DNA of 63,090 nt, the filler included, from Octopus bimaculoides (taxonomy: Eukaryota), in assembly GCF_001194135.2 (NCBI RefSeq). It is 3 parts of 3 records of this genome, joined end to end, with 100 filler letters (N's around TTAATTAATTAA, not from the genome) between each part and the next. Parts side by side here need not be neighbours in the genome. Positions count along the whole stretch, not along the records: positions 24,867 to 50,873 come from NC_068991.1; positions 50,974 to 63,090 come from NC_068982.1; 1 more part is not named here. One strand, 5' to 3'. Positions 49,346 through 62,897 of the stretch are shown one piece after another; within the stretch, counting starts at the first letter, position 1; each line of letters starts with the position of its first letter. The notes below the pieces were generated by a model. It searched no databases, was not told where the DNA came from, and saw nothing but the letters and a program-made list of their open reading frames with translations. Both the position numbers and the translations under genes were made by a program.

Positions 49346-50626
49346 TGTAAGGATCTAGCTTGACCTTGCCTGAAACCAAATCCATCTGCTTGTTGCTTGT
49401 CAAAACGAGCGGTAAATCCTCTCCACACTAGATGATTGATGAGGAAACACTCGACCCCACCCCTCGGGACCTGTGCTGGTCAAGGAAAGGTCAGTCCTTT
49501 GTTTAGGGTTTGATCTACATTACTGACCGTAAGTCTATATAACAGAGAATTTCCTATCTCTTTCTCTTATGTGTCAGCTATGACCAAGGAGCAACACTCT
49601 CTCTTTTGTGTCAGCCAGACCAAGGAGCAGCACCCGCTTTTGCGACAGCCTTAACCAAGAGCAGCACTTCCCGGCACAGTTTCGATTACCTGTTGTTTTC
49701 CGCAGGAACTTCGTAGCGGGCTGTATGAAAGATGTGATATCAGATCGATATGATGTAGCCCACTACTAAATGTAGCGTGTAGATGTAACGCTTGAAGGAT
49801 CTCGCGACGGAGTACCAACAAACATCGAAGAATCAACACCAAGAAGGAAGAAATATTGTTTACATAGATCTGTTCGTTTGCCCGACAAGTAGTTACAGAT
49901 ACAGCAGCAATTCTAGTGATAGTGACAAGGTTGGCTCGCTTGTTAGTAGTTGATAATGTAGAAAAAGGTTGTCTGTCTGTAGAGAGTGAAAGAGTGCGGA
50001 ATGCACGGTGCTGACTAGAAAGGAAGAAACGATAAAGGTGGCATCGCCTTTCTTGTGGCCGAAAGCCTCTCTTCGTATGTCGAGCGACGGGCGAAGGGAA
50101 GTGGGCTATGTTTCGATGTAATGACAATTACTGTCATTGAAGCACATGGCTTTGTTTACATCTAATCGGCCTTTTCCGTAAAGGAGGGATGGGAAATGAC
50201 TGGGGAAGCCTTTCTGCTTTGCATAACCACTGACTAGAGAGGAAGTTTCATAGATACAGAAGAAAGATCCAGATAGTTTCATAGATACAGAAGAAATGTT
50301 AGACAAAGAAAGAAAGAAAGAAAGAAAGAAAGCGATGGTCGGTGACCGAGAGAGAGAGAGAGAGAGAGAGAAAGAAAGTGATGGTCGGTGACCGAGAGAG
50401 AGAGAGACAAAGAAAGAAATAAAGTGATGGTCGGTGACCAAGAGAGAGAGTGTTTCATAAATACTGACTATATTTTTAACAAGTTGAAAGAACGAACCGC
50501 TTTCTTTCTTTCTTTCGATCTATGAAACTATCTGTATCTTTCTTCTGTATCTATGAAACTTCCTCTCTAGTCAGTGGTTATGCAAAGCAGAAAGGCTCAT
50601 ATATATAGATAGATGGCATAACTACA
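49346..50626. mobile_element. Possible solo LTR-like element with an internal foldback
   Basis: Starts TGTAAGG, tentative end ACTACA. TATA-like CTATATAA near 49534, short internal tandem repeats, and an inverted repeat 50207-50290/50515-50597. No TSD found. Confidence 0.3.
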
Positions 50627-51012
50627 GATGTGTACCCCACCCCCATCTTTGTTGCCTCATAACTTCCAGAAAAATAGATATCTTTTAACGAAATTTGGAA
50701 CAAATACCGCTTAGATGCTGTAGATTTAGAGTATATAGAGATTTATGGGAAAGAATTTTTCCGAAATGGTTTTTACCCCTACCTCAATGAGGCGAGGAGC
50801 GCACGTGTGTAAGAAAAAACATTTTCTAACAGAAAAGTATGCTATTAAAATAAATTTTACATACCTGTTTCTTNNNNNNNNNNNNNNNNNNNNNNNNNNN
50901 NNNNNNNNNNNNNNNNNTTAATTAATTAANNNNNNNNNNNNNNNNNNNNNNNNNNNNNNNNNNNNNNNNNNNNTATATATATGCAAACATATATATTTCC
51001 TCATATTAAATA

Positions 51013-51565
51013 TAATCAAAGGACATACAAAGTATGTCTACCTGCTGGAAATAACTGTCAAAATTCTGGTTTAAATCGCCCAAAAAACACTGAAAATAAC
51101 TGCAAAAATCAACCGTCTGCGAGCAAACGCGCTAAGACTATCTTTGAAGTATTTGGACTCACGTGGACCAGTTTCTGAACTGGCATTTTAGCCTCACCTT
51201 CCCCAGCATGTGTTACTAAAATGAAAAGCCCGAACATGTCGCGTTGAAGTCTGCGCTGCAGACTGATTCGTTTTGCGCCAATCTATAGCAGTTACCTGTG
51301 TGAAAATAATTTTAATACGGAGTAAATATTTCAGGAGAAAATATTTGCGAAGATATCATTGACTGTGTTTATCTACTGTAATACCAGTCCAGAAACCAGT
51401 CCACGCGGGTCTACATACTTGTATGTTGAAAGATTTTCATAGCCCGTTTGCTCTTAGATGGCTGATTTCTGCAGTTATTATCAGTGTTCTTTCGGCGATT
51501 TAAATAAGAAATTTGACTGTTACTTCCAGCAGGTAGACATACTTAGTATGTCCTTCGATTAATTT
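51013..51565. mobile_element. MITE with ~140-bp terminal inverted repeats
   Basis: AAGGACATACAAAGTATGTCTACCTGCTGGAAATAACTGTCAAAATT... is mirrored by ...TCCAGCAGGTAGACATACTTAGTATGTCCTT. Confidence 0.85.
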
Positions 51566-51587
51566 TAATCCTTCGATTAATTATAAT

Positions 51588-51750
51588 CCGCTAGAAGCCA
51601 CTTGATGCGACCTTCAGGCATCAGTTTGCCGACCGGAGTCGTCTGTTACAGTAAAACTACCACGTGGTTCGTCATTGTTTAGCACTGCTTCTCTCCTCTT
51701 CGTCGACTTTTGCGATGGAACAGCATCGTTTCGTGAAATTTTATATTTAA
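51588..51750 (+). mobile_element. Mariner 5' fragment
   Basis: Matches 53276-53450 (cgctagaagccacttgatgcga...gtgaaattttatatt). Confidence 0.75.
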
Positions 51751-51926
51751 TATTATATTTTTATATTTAATTTTATATTTATATTTAATGCTTTTTGGCG
51801 GGCGCGGGGCTGCAATAGTTTATATTATTGATTCTGTTGTCATTTTTTCTTGTTACACTAGATAACAGTCAATAATATTTTCGGAAATATTTTCTGAATT
51901 ATTTACTCCATATTGAAATATATATC

Positions 51927-51970
<44 letters not shown>

Positions 51971-52868
51971 NNNNNNNNNNNNNNNNNNNNNNNNNNNNNN
52001 NNNNNNNNNNNNNNNNNNNNNNNNNNNNNNNNNNNNNNNNNNNNNNNNNNNNNNNNNNNNNNNNNNNNNNNNNNNNNNNNNNNNNNNNNNNNNNNNNNNN
52101 NNNNNNNNNNNNNNNNNNNNNNNNNNNNNNNNNNNNNNNNNNNNNNNNNNNNNNNNNNNNNNNNNNNNNNNNNNNNNNNNNNNNNNNNNNNNNNNNNNNN
52201 ATATACATAGTGTGTGTGCGTTTGCATGTATGTATATATGAAATCGAGTTAAAATTTAATAGTTAAGTTATAGATTGTTCTAAATAATATTTGATAGATA
52301 AATCGAAACGTTAAGTTACTCATAGAACTTTATTTGATCGTGTGCTAAAATTCCAGTAAAGATGGAAAACTGACGAACAAAATTTCAATAAAGTTTCCCC
52401 GTGTTTCTATTCTAAGTAAAAATAAATTCAAGACTTCTAAGTAAAAAGAATTCGAAACCGAAAGCAAAGATGAAAACTAAAGATAAGGAGTATCGTAGGA
52501 TTGATGTAATATATTAATTTCAAATAAAAAGAAACACGTTCCTTTGCTTTGCGGATCTAATGAAAGATTAAACTGATAAATCAGAACTGCAGAATCGCTG
52601 CAGGATAATGAGAAATGAAAAATGTAATATTTATCGTAATAAAGCCATTGATGGATTGAAACTTTCTCTTGAAAGATGGTAAAAAGATATGTTGTATTTC
52701 TGAAAAAAGCATATCAAAGAGATATGATCAATATATTCCTTAGTTTTCATAAAGGTGAATTGATATCATACCAGATTATTTTAAAAAATGTCGAAATTGC
52801 TAACATTTTGTAGAATATATACTTGTTCTTGTATTTGCACAAGCGTAAAAATGGAAGAAATTTGTTGA

Positions 52869-52904
<36 letters not shown>

Positions 52905-53199
52905 AGAGGGAGAGAAAGAGAGGTGGAGAGAGGAAAACATATATATAGAGAGAGAACAAATGATTATCTTGATCCAGTGTCACTTCTCTCAGTTTGAAAA
53001 TTAAGTTGTCTATGTTTTATTCCTCTAACCTATAAATGTTACTGAATAACCTTTTTCAATCACCGCATTATTTCAGTGCAGCTGTCAGAAAATACATCCA
53101 AATATGAATAAGTAACGAAATCTGCATATGTTAGGGTCAGATATTTGCGCTGGTGTTAAATGTCTATTCTGATTCTTTTCGTATGTGTGAATTGATGTG

Positions 53200-54190
53200 G
53201 ATTTATTAAACATTCAGCCAAGTTTTTGCCGATACTAAGTAACCGGAAATGTTCTCTGGGTCAAGCCAGAATTCCGCCGCTAGAAGCCACTTGATGCGAT
53301 CCTCAGACATCAATCTGCCAACCGGAGTCAATGGTTGCAGTAGAAATACCACGTGGTGCATCATTGTTTAGTACTGCTTCTTTCCTCTTCGTAGATTTTT
53401 GCGATGACTCAAACAATGGAACAGCATGCTTTTGTGAAATTTTATATTATGCGGAAAAAACAGCGGCTGAAACAGTTGTCATATTTCAAACAGCTTACGA
53501 AGACTAGTTTACGAGTGGTTTTCACGGTTTAGGAATGATATTTTGTCTCTTGAAGTCCAACCATGTTAAGGGCGACCGTTGACCTCCCGAACGAATGAAA
53601 ACATCATAAAAATTGATGAACTGAACTTGGAAGACCATCGCCGAACAATTGACTAACTTGTTGATATGACTGGTGTGTCCTGGAGCGCCTGCCAGCGAAT
53701 TTTGAGCGAGCAATTGCGAATGAAAAGAGTTACAGCAAAATCTGTACCTCGCTTGCCCATAGAAGATCAAAGTAGTCACGAATAAATCTATGCCGTAAAC
53801 TGAAAAAAAGGAGTTTATTCGGATCTTATTCCCAAGGTCATTACTGGTGTTGAAATCTGGTGCAACGGCTAAGACCTGTAAGCATTTAATTGAAGCATTT
53901 AATGTCACCACATCCCAACAAGCGCGTCAAGTGACGACCAAAGTTAAACGATGTTGTTTTGTTATGTGGTAAAATGGAGAGTAGTGGTTTCATTATAACA
54001 ATGTGCCTGCGCACACCGTCTTGGTTGTGAGAGAGTTTTTGACTAAAAATCTTATGTCCCCGCATACCCACACTCCCTATTCACCCGATCTTGCTCCTTA
54101 CGAATTTTTTTCCTCCACCGAATGAAAAGTCCTTAAAGGAAAACGTTTTACAAATGTTGAAAGAGGTGAAGAAGACACGAGTTAAAAGGC
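53200..54190 (+). mobile_element. Tc1/mariner transposase pseudogene
   Basis: Remnants YEWFSRFR, GRP...RTNENI, RMKRVTAKSVPRL (WVPREL-like), ITGVEIW (ITGDETW-like) and HTPYSPDLAPYEFF. Confidence 0.88.
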
Positions 54191-54899
54191 ATTATTTCGT
54201 ACACACGCAGACACAAACGCACACATACACACACGCGAACAAATAAATCTGCAAACATGCGCACACAAACACCCTGACAAATACTAATCACACACATACA
54301 CTCACATGCATACACACAGCGTCCACGCATTTACTAACACCATCCTCCCAAATATGAAACACAAGCACATGTATATACGAACACACACATAAAGACGTGC
54401 ACAGACACACACACTCACACCATTCTGACCTCTAAAACCACTCCCCAAAACCACTGAACCATGACAAACTAGCCCAGAAACAAAAAATCCCTTAAATACC
54501 ACATTGCTCTGACTCCCCATCAACCAACCTCTCACACTGTTGCTTAAGATACGAAATATTCCTTCGCTTCACACAAGAGAAAATGTCAGAAAGACAAGTC
54601 AGTTATTCCTCTACAATGTTTTGTAAATTCTTAAATATATCTCCTTCTGTGTATATATATGGTAATAAACAAACATGATTTTTATTGAACTCTACTTTTT
54701 GGTGTCCCGTTCTGATTACTTTCTTAAATACTTTCTTTTAAAATGTTTTTAACATTTTCTTATTATTATCACCGAATGTATTTCTATTTTTAATACTTTT
54801 GTGATAAGCAGTACTTAGCACAAAGCTCATACAAAACCTTTACATTTTACTATTGTCAATCTTTTTCTAAAAATGTGAAACCGGTCCAGTGAATAAACA

Positions 54900-54947
54900 T
54901 CTTTAAAATTGCTTTTTCAAATCTTCTTCCATATATGTGTTTGTGTT

Positions 54948-54992
<45 letters not shown>

Positions 54993-55016
54993 GTGTGTGT
55001 ATGTGTTTGTGTGTGG

Positions 55017-55065
<49 letters not shown>
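54900..55065. repeat. (GT)n microsatellite
   Basis: Direct inspection. Confidence 0.9.
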
Positions 55066-58000
55066 TATGTAAAATACAAAAATGGAACAAGAACGCAAAA
55101 CATCCAGACTGTTAGGTGATACCAAAAAGGGAAAACAAGACATGCAAACAGACGATACAAAGAAAGCAAGGACGGGTTATTCGGAGTTTTCTTTCTTCAG
55201 TCGAGCTCCAGATTATCTTTGCAATTTCGGCTGATTATACTCGAGATTTCTCCAATCTGGTCAGCCCCCAAGGAAAAACTAAGCTAGGAGCATTAGATTC
55301 TTTGGAAGAATGCAGCGAATGTATACGAACACAAGGAGGAAAAAAGAGAGAAATGTTACACAAATACAAATGCAAATTAACAGGACATAACAACAGGTGT
55401 CTTTCGACTAAGGACGAATTAAATTAAGCTGGCGTGTGTGGAAATAAATACTTACGGCAGGGACATAAGATTTGTTAGGCACAGGGAGGAATATAGATGT
55501 TGCACGGATAGTAGTCGAACGAAGACAGGTCAGATTTGGTCGAACAACGGTCACGTGGGGAGAGAAGAGAGAGAGGTAGAGGCAGAGGGAGAGAAGAATT
55601 AAGGACGAAGGAGAAAAGATGATGAGGGCAGTGCCACACACACACACACACACACATACATATATATATAAATATACTATCGAAGCGAAATAGAAATATT
55701 AGAATTTCTACTATCAGTGGCCTAGAGTGTCAAAAATTAGTCTTTCTCGCGTGAGGGAATCCTATGATAGATGCCTCCTTTGTGTTTANNNNNNNNNNNN
55801 NNNNNNNNNNNNNNNNNNNNNNNNNNNNNNNNNNNNNNNNNNNNNNNNNNNNNNNNNNNNNNNNNNNNNNNNNNNNNNNNNNNNNNNNNNNNNNNNNNNN
55901 NNNNNNNNNNNNNNNNNNNNNNNNNNNNNNNNNNNNNNNNNNNNNNNNNNNNNNNNNNNNNNNNNNNNNNNNNNNNNNNNNNNNNNNNNNNNNNNNNNNN
56001 NNNNNNNNNNNNNNNNNNNNNNNNNNNNNNNNNNNNNNNNNNNNNNNNNNNNNNNNNNNNNNNNNNNNNNNNNNNNNNNNNNNNNNNNNNNNNNNNNNNN
56101 NNNNNNNNNNNNNNNNNNNNNNNNNNNNNNNNNNNNNNNNNNNNNNNNNNNNNNNNNNNNNNNNNNNNNNNNNNNNNNNNNNNNNNNNNNNNNNNNNNNN
56201 NNNNNNNNNNNNNNNNNNNNNNNNNNNNNNNNNNNNNNNNNNNNNNNNNNNNNNNNNNNNNNNNNNNNNNNNNNNNNNNNNNNNNNNNNNNNNNNNNNNN
56301 NNNNNNNNNNNNNNNNNNNNNNNNNNNNNNNNNNNNNNNNNNNNNNNNNNNNNNNNNNNNNNNNNNNNNNNNNNNNNNNNNNNNNNNNNNNNNNNNNNNN
56401 NNNNNNNNNNNNNNNNNNNNNNNNNNNNNNNNNNNNNNNNNNNNNNNNNNNNNNNNNNNNNNNNNNNNNNNNNNNNNNNNNNNNNNNNNNNNNNNNNNNN
56501 NNNNNNNNNNNNNNNNNNNNNNNNNNNNNNNNNNNNNNNNNNNNNNNNNNNNNNNNNNNNNNNNNNNNNNNNNNNNNNNNNNNNNNNNNNNNNNNNNNNN
56601 NNNNNNNNNNNNNNNNNNNNNNNNNNNNNNNNNNNNNNNNNNNNNNNNNNNNNNNNNNNNNNNNNNNNNNNNNNNNNNNNNNNNNNNNNNNNNNNNNNNN
56701 NNNNNNNNNNNNNNNNNNNNNNNNNNNNNNNNNNNNNNNNNATATATTTCCACTCGTACGGTATTCCACAACTTTACTTTATTATATATATATATATATA
56801 TATATAAGCAATGTTAATTCTCTAAATGAGGTATTAACAGTAACTGCACGATAAAGTGAAGTATATTGCCACTTAAATGTGGCTGACCCCCAGGGGTGGA
56901 TGTTACTGTTGCTTTTAGCCCCAGGAGGACATCTCCTCCAGCTGGCTTATCGACACACTCCTGTGTCCTGTTTGTTTTGCCAAGGGAAGTTATCCCTCTC
57001 ATCGTGATCTGTAGCACGAACGGACCCGAGTTTCAGGGTTATTTCCCTTCGTCAGCGTCCAATAGCCACCGATCTGCGATGAGAAGGATAATTCTTGGCA
57101 AACCTTATGTATCATATATCGATAGATCGGGAGAGAGAAAGTGAGACACTGAAATCAAATATCAAATGTTTTTTTTTTATATACGTATATGTATATTTCC
57201 AGCATCCTGCATCTCACAATCGGATACAGGATCGGGTGTTTCAGGATTTTGGGTGGTGTGGAATCATGTATTAACTACTGTTGTTCCCAGGTCTATTCTG
57301 ATAGACCTGCGAATAATGGGCTCTTATCTCGGAGCAACAGCGCTTGACAACGTTTCAACTATGCATTATTTATAGCATGTAAATACAAACCATCGGGTGT
57401 GATGGAGCGCCTGGCAGTTAACACTGTTTTCTTCTAGGAGAGGGGCACTGATGTAAAACGTTCGCTTGCGCGCACTTACTGGTCACCTTACTTCAGCCTT
57501 TTTCTAGGTAATAATTACAGATATTCTGAGAGTTGTACTCGTGTTGTGCAAGAGTTTATCACCATAAACTAATGGTGTATAAACGTTTTTTATAGTGACA
57601 TATTTTTTTCATTTGTCATTCCATCTGAAAGTTTTATGGCGATGGTGAAGTGGCTTCATATGCAGACGTAATCAGCTGAAATTACATAGCAGCGAGACTG
57701 AATAATCATCTGAAAGTTCACAAACAGAAAGACCAAAATGCTATTGACAACGAGGAAACACAAGGAGACGGCTATCGTCTGTGAAGTTGGAGCAATCAGC
57801 ATGTGTGTATGTACGTATATATGTATGTAGAACTTTATGATACGGATTGCAGTTTACTTCAGTCTCAGCAAATAAATGATAACATATTAAGGTATTCATT
57901 TATTTAATTAAAAAAAAATTGGTAAAATTTCCAATTCTGATCTCAGTAATTACGGCGTACTTCGGAAGCTATAAATTACAATCAACATGCTGCTCTTGGT

Positions 58001-60561
58001 TTTATAATGTTTTAATTTAGAAAATAGGAAAAGAAGAAAGTAATTCCGGTGTTAATGCAATATTCATCTAATTACATGATATACAAACGTAAAATTATTC
58101 GTTAGATGAGAAGAGAAAGAAATGCGATGACATATTTGTTAGTAGTTAACTAACAGAAACAATTTTGATTGAGATACTAAGCAGAAAATTGAGTAAAAAC
58201 AGGAAACAGAATGATTAGTTACGTTTTTCCAGTTCTTTATTGCGACTGAGTGAACGGTAAATAATAAGACGCTATTAGATATAAATAGGAAGCAGTGATA
58301 CAAGTGCATTGATTGGCTGAAATGTCAAGAAAGTTAAGATAGTGAACCAAGTGTTTTGTTCATATTTATATATTATGTTACTAACAATGAAATAATCTAT
58401 TCGTTACACAAGTCTTTACTAATCCAAATAAAATCCAACTAAAGATCAAGAGTTATATCACTGGAGATATTTTATAAGGTAGATGAGTGCGATTTTTATA
58501 GAAATATTATCTAGGGGTGGAGTAAGTTTCGATAGTTATAGACTGGTGAAAACGACGTCAGTATACTACGTTGTATTATATTAACCTAATTATTATACTC
58601 TTAAATTTCCAATTAATTTCATGATTATTAAAAGGAAAATACTGAAGGGAGTGGAAACTACCCTTTTGAATTTAGTATTATTTACCTGTTCGGATTACGA
58701 AAATAATGTACTTAAAATTGGAATTTTATAGAATATATTAGAATAATAATTTAATATTTTGATCATATAAATGAATAGAGGTGGACTGGCATAAATTGAT
58801 TGAAGTATAATTTTAAAAGAGTTGATTATCTTTCTGTATCTCCTTATAACTTGCAAATTCCCAGGCATGTATTATGGTTTCAGGTTTTTCGTTTGAATTA
58901 TTTTTAGCAGAAATAGAGAAAAAGTCGAATAAATTTGTAGCAAATATCACTAGTTTTATAATATGCATTTTTCAGAAACAAATTCAAATTGATATTAAAA
59001 AATCTTAGATCGATAAACGAAAATGGACTAAAGGATTAAGTCTCATAAACAATAATTAAAACAAAAGGATCAAAACTGATTTTAAGTAATTATGATTTAC
59101 TCGCAGTGGAAATTGTTGTACGATAAAAAAGAATTTACACATATTTAGTTAGGAATAAATCAGACATTTAAAGATGATAATTAAAACGAAAAGAGAAAAT
59201 AATAGTAATTTTAGGAAGGAGAAAAAAAAAAAAGAAAAGAAAATATGGATTCAGACGGAAATAACGACTGAAGTGGAGAGATGAAATGAAATTTTATTTA
59301 GATTTTGGTTGTTTTGCTTAATACAAAAACAAGGAAGAGCGGTTAAAACCACAAAATATCAAGTGAAAAAATGTTTGTGTAATGAAACGGTGCTGTTACA
59401 CTGATAGTTGTTGAACTTACGCTGTGATTTAGGTGGAGAATGTCAACAGGAAATTGATTAAATTATGAAAATTATTTCAAAATCCTTGTTTAATACTCGA
59501 AAAGTTAAATTTTAAAATTTAATATGTTCTATGGAGTAGATTTATATGTATCGGTGCAGATTATTTTATGATATGAAGATAAATTAATTAGCGTTTATAT
59601 GAAATGTGTTGGCTAATATGTATTTCGGAATTAGACGCTCAATTTCATGATACTCAATGCACTTGGATGACGTAGAAAATTGTGGAGTTGATGATAGCAA
59701 ATTAGAAACCAATAAATCATGTTGACGATGTTATAAAACGGCAAGATTATAACGACAGCCATAGAGACATATACATGTGTTGTTTGTGTGTTTGCATTAT
59801 ATTTAAGCTTCTACATCTTCGCGTTTCCAGTGGAAGTGGTACTTCAATGTATACTTATGTGTGGTTTTTTAATCACTGCTTTATAAGAAAAGTAATATTT
59901 CAATGTGCTCTCACGATACTTACATAGTGTGTATTTCGGTTAAAATCTTTCAAATTCGTAGTTATTAGACTTATATAGCTGTGGTTAATTATTTCTTGTT
60001 CTAATATTACAATATTACATTTAGCAATTTCCACCATTAGTACGTCATTTATAGTTAAAGTTTTGTATTATCGACAAACACTCACCTCAAGGGATATAAA
60101 AAGCTGTGCAAATCTCTTCTTGATAAGAAGAAAATTAAACCTCATATATATAACATGCACTTTGAATTTTGATTTACTGTTATACTTCAATCACATGACT
60201 CTCTCTATTCATATATATTCGTAAAATAAAGCATCAAATGAATGATTAGGATGTAGAAGTAATTACATCTGCATGTAAATTGATACTAAATTGACAAGGT
60301 TTCGCCAAGTTTGTTGTCAGTAAATATCTCGGAGAGCAAAATTTTTAAGTATTAACGTAATACAAGATACATCAAACACACAAATGCGGGCCTGTACATA
60401 TATGTGTGCGTGTGTGAGTGCGTGTTTATGTATATGTGAATATATATANNNNNNNNNNNNNNNNNNNNNNNNNNNNNNNNNNNNNNNNNNNNNNNNNNNN
60501 NNNNNNNNNNNNNNNNNNNNNNNNNNNNNNNNNNNNNNNNNNNNNNNNNNNNNNNNNNNNN

Positions 60562-60600
<39 letters not shown>

Positions 60601-60700
60601 ATATATGTATTTACATATATACCTTTCTATGTATATGTGTGTGTGTGGTGACGCTTTCATTTTTAAAGACATACTATTGTAATTCATAAATTTCACTCAC

Positions 60701-60870
60701 CTGTTATAAGGAGAAATTTTAGATCATAACAATAGGAACTAAATAACGACCAGTTTAAGAATCTGCCTTAACCAAAACAAAAAGTATTTTAGGGACACTC
60801 ACTATAAGCGGAAACTTCAATTTAACAAAAGACATAAAAACAGTGTATCCATAACTGGGGAGAACCCCTC
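60701..60870 (-). promoter_or_regulatory. Candidate non-coding first exon / promoter of the IL17R-like gene
   Basis: Consensus donor ACAG|gtgagt (exon ends 60701) in non-repetitive DNA. A kB-consensus-matching GGGGTTCTCC lies at 60859-60868 on the minus strand. The exon start is unknown. Confidence 0.3.
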
Positions 60871-61170
60871 GCTGAGTAACTATTAATTCTTATGTTCTGC
60901 TATGAGACATATGTTGGCTGGATCCTGGAGTTTACCTGCCCCATTCCCTCTTTCATTCATTTCTCAAACTTGTCAAATAGAATTTTGTGAATGTACAAAC
61001 AGCTTGTTCATTTATATAAAGCAGATGATTTGGGGGAGGGGTAAGCTTCCATGACAATGGAGATAGATAGACAGAAAGATAGGCAGGTAGATAGGTTGAG
61101 AGAGAGAAAGAGAGAGAGAGTTAGTCAGATAGATAGACACATAGACAGATAGAGAGAGGGTGAGACAGGC

Positions 61171-62823
61171 GAGGAAGGGGATCATCCTCCTTATTCAGCG
61201 TTCATTTATGTATTTAGTCATTTACCATTCTATTGATATTGGTTTAAGAATGGTGACCTCTTCAAGAAAAAATAAAATAGATGTGGTGTGGTCATCACTG
61301 AAAGTCTTTTTGCTTTTCTCTCTCTTTTTCCCTTCTTTTCTTTTCCCCTCCTTTTCTTCTTTTCTTATCTTTTTCCCCTTCTTCCATTCTTTCTTTTTCC
61401 TTTTCTTCCTTTTTACCTTTCTTCTCCTTCCTTTTTTTCCTCTTTTTTCTCCTCTTTGAATTATATTTAGAATACAAAATGTACTGTCTCCGATTTTCTT
61501 TCAAACATTCAATTTTGGAGATAATTTTTTGATGAAATATAGTTCCATTGCTTTTCGGTATTTCGGTTTGTCTCGTACACATTTGTAAAAGCGACAAATT
61601 TTGAATTTTTCGTCGCAGCATGTTTCCAGATGCTTACTTAATGGAATCTTGCACAATTCTTGTTGTCGGATATGTTGCCTGTGGATTCTTGCACGTTCGC
61701 AGAAGGAATTATTTGCAGTTTGGGCTGCTAATGCAATACATGAGGTCTTGCGTTTTGCAGTTCCTATCTGCATTTATTTTGAAAAGGGATCTGCTGTTGA
61801 ATTTCATGTCGGAGCCACTTTCTAAGTATTTAAAGTTGTTGTTGCGTGTTTCACATCTATCTTCACATTATTTTACTAAGAATTCTAATTCATTCTCCGA
61901 TTTGAATTCTGTCCTTGTGAGGTGTGTTTAAGGTGTTTCAGTTCACGTCTACTATTCCATAAGGTGGTTTTTTTTTCAATCAGATTTGTTTCATTTTGGG
62001 GCTTTGTATGAGTATAGATAAGTTCGCTTTTATGGCGTCAACGATGTAGGTTATTCCAGGACTGTGTGTGTTAAAGAACGGAATCATTTCTTCTTTAACT
62101 TTTTCTTTAGGTGTCCTTAGTTGAGTGATGTTCAGTTTCATCGACTTTTTAATTCCTTCATTAATTAATTCTAAGTGGTATTTCTGCATCTGAATTCATT
62201 GAGGCAGATTACACGTGTTATGGTGTCAGTCACTATAACATAGATGCGTCTTGCCATGCTCTATGGAATGTTTCTTTCTATGTGTGATGGATGGAAGGAG
62301 TAGAAATGTAAATATTGGTGTCAGTTTTCTTTTGTAAAATATGCCTGTTGTGATTGTGGTATTCTATATTTTTATGTGGATATCCAGGAATGGTAAATCA
62401 TTGCAACTAGATTCTGTCGTTAATTTGATGGCTATTTGTAGAATATGGGTTTCTAGTCTGTTCTTCGAGTGAGATGGTGGTCATTTCCGCGTATTCTCTT
62501 GGGTAATTAGAGGTTAGATACCTTTGTCCGGTTCCTCTGGGATTGCTGTCTATGTTTTCGATTTCCTCGTTCTTATTTTTCGTGGTTTCTTTTTCATAAT
62601 GAATTTTTCTCCATAGTTTTTTTTCCATAGTTAGTGATCCACTCTTGTTTTGTTTCCACATCTAAAAGAAGAGAAAAAAAGCAAAAAGGATTTGAGTGAT
62701 GACCACACCATACCTGTTTTTTTTGTTTTTCTTAAAGTGGTCATTTTTAAACCAACTCCAATACAATGGTAAATGACTAAATAAATGAATGAATGGTGAA
62801 TAGGAAGTGGGATCCCCTTCCTC
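61171..62823 (-). mobile_element. Penelope-like element (RT thumb/linker plus GIY-YIG) bracketed by ~150-bp inverted repeats
   Basis: Minus-strand remnants LPFLDI, RKNIP.SMARRI, IPFFNTHSP, HRQHIRQ...PLSKHLETC and RKAMELYFIKKLSPKLN. Arms 61171-61320 and 62670-62823 are reverse complements, with (TAGA)n/(TATC)n outside each. Confidence 0.8.
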
Positions 62824-62835
62824 TCCTCTCTTTCC

Positions 62836-62897
<62 letters not shown>

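Noticed and set aside
55195-55250. Minus-strand CTGAAGA...CGAAT...GTC as a hammerhead ribozyme
   Set aside because: GAAA is replaced by GAAT, and stems I and III do not pair convincingly.
55727-56854. Long ORFs spanning N gaps (also 2281-2775, 8997-9559, 20123-20911, 22767-23434, 45814-46530, 51853-52266, 60352-60696)
   Set aside because: They are open only because Ns do not create stops.
57656-57802. 48-aa hydrophobic minus-strand ORF as an alternative signal-peptide exon
   Set aside because: Only a weak internal donor, and 48285-48365 is a much better signal-peptide exon with a consensus donor.
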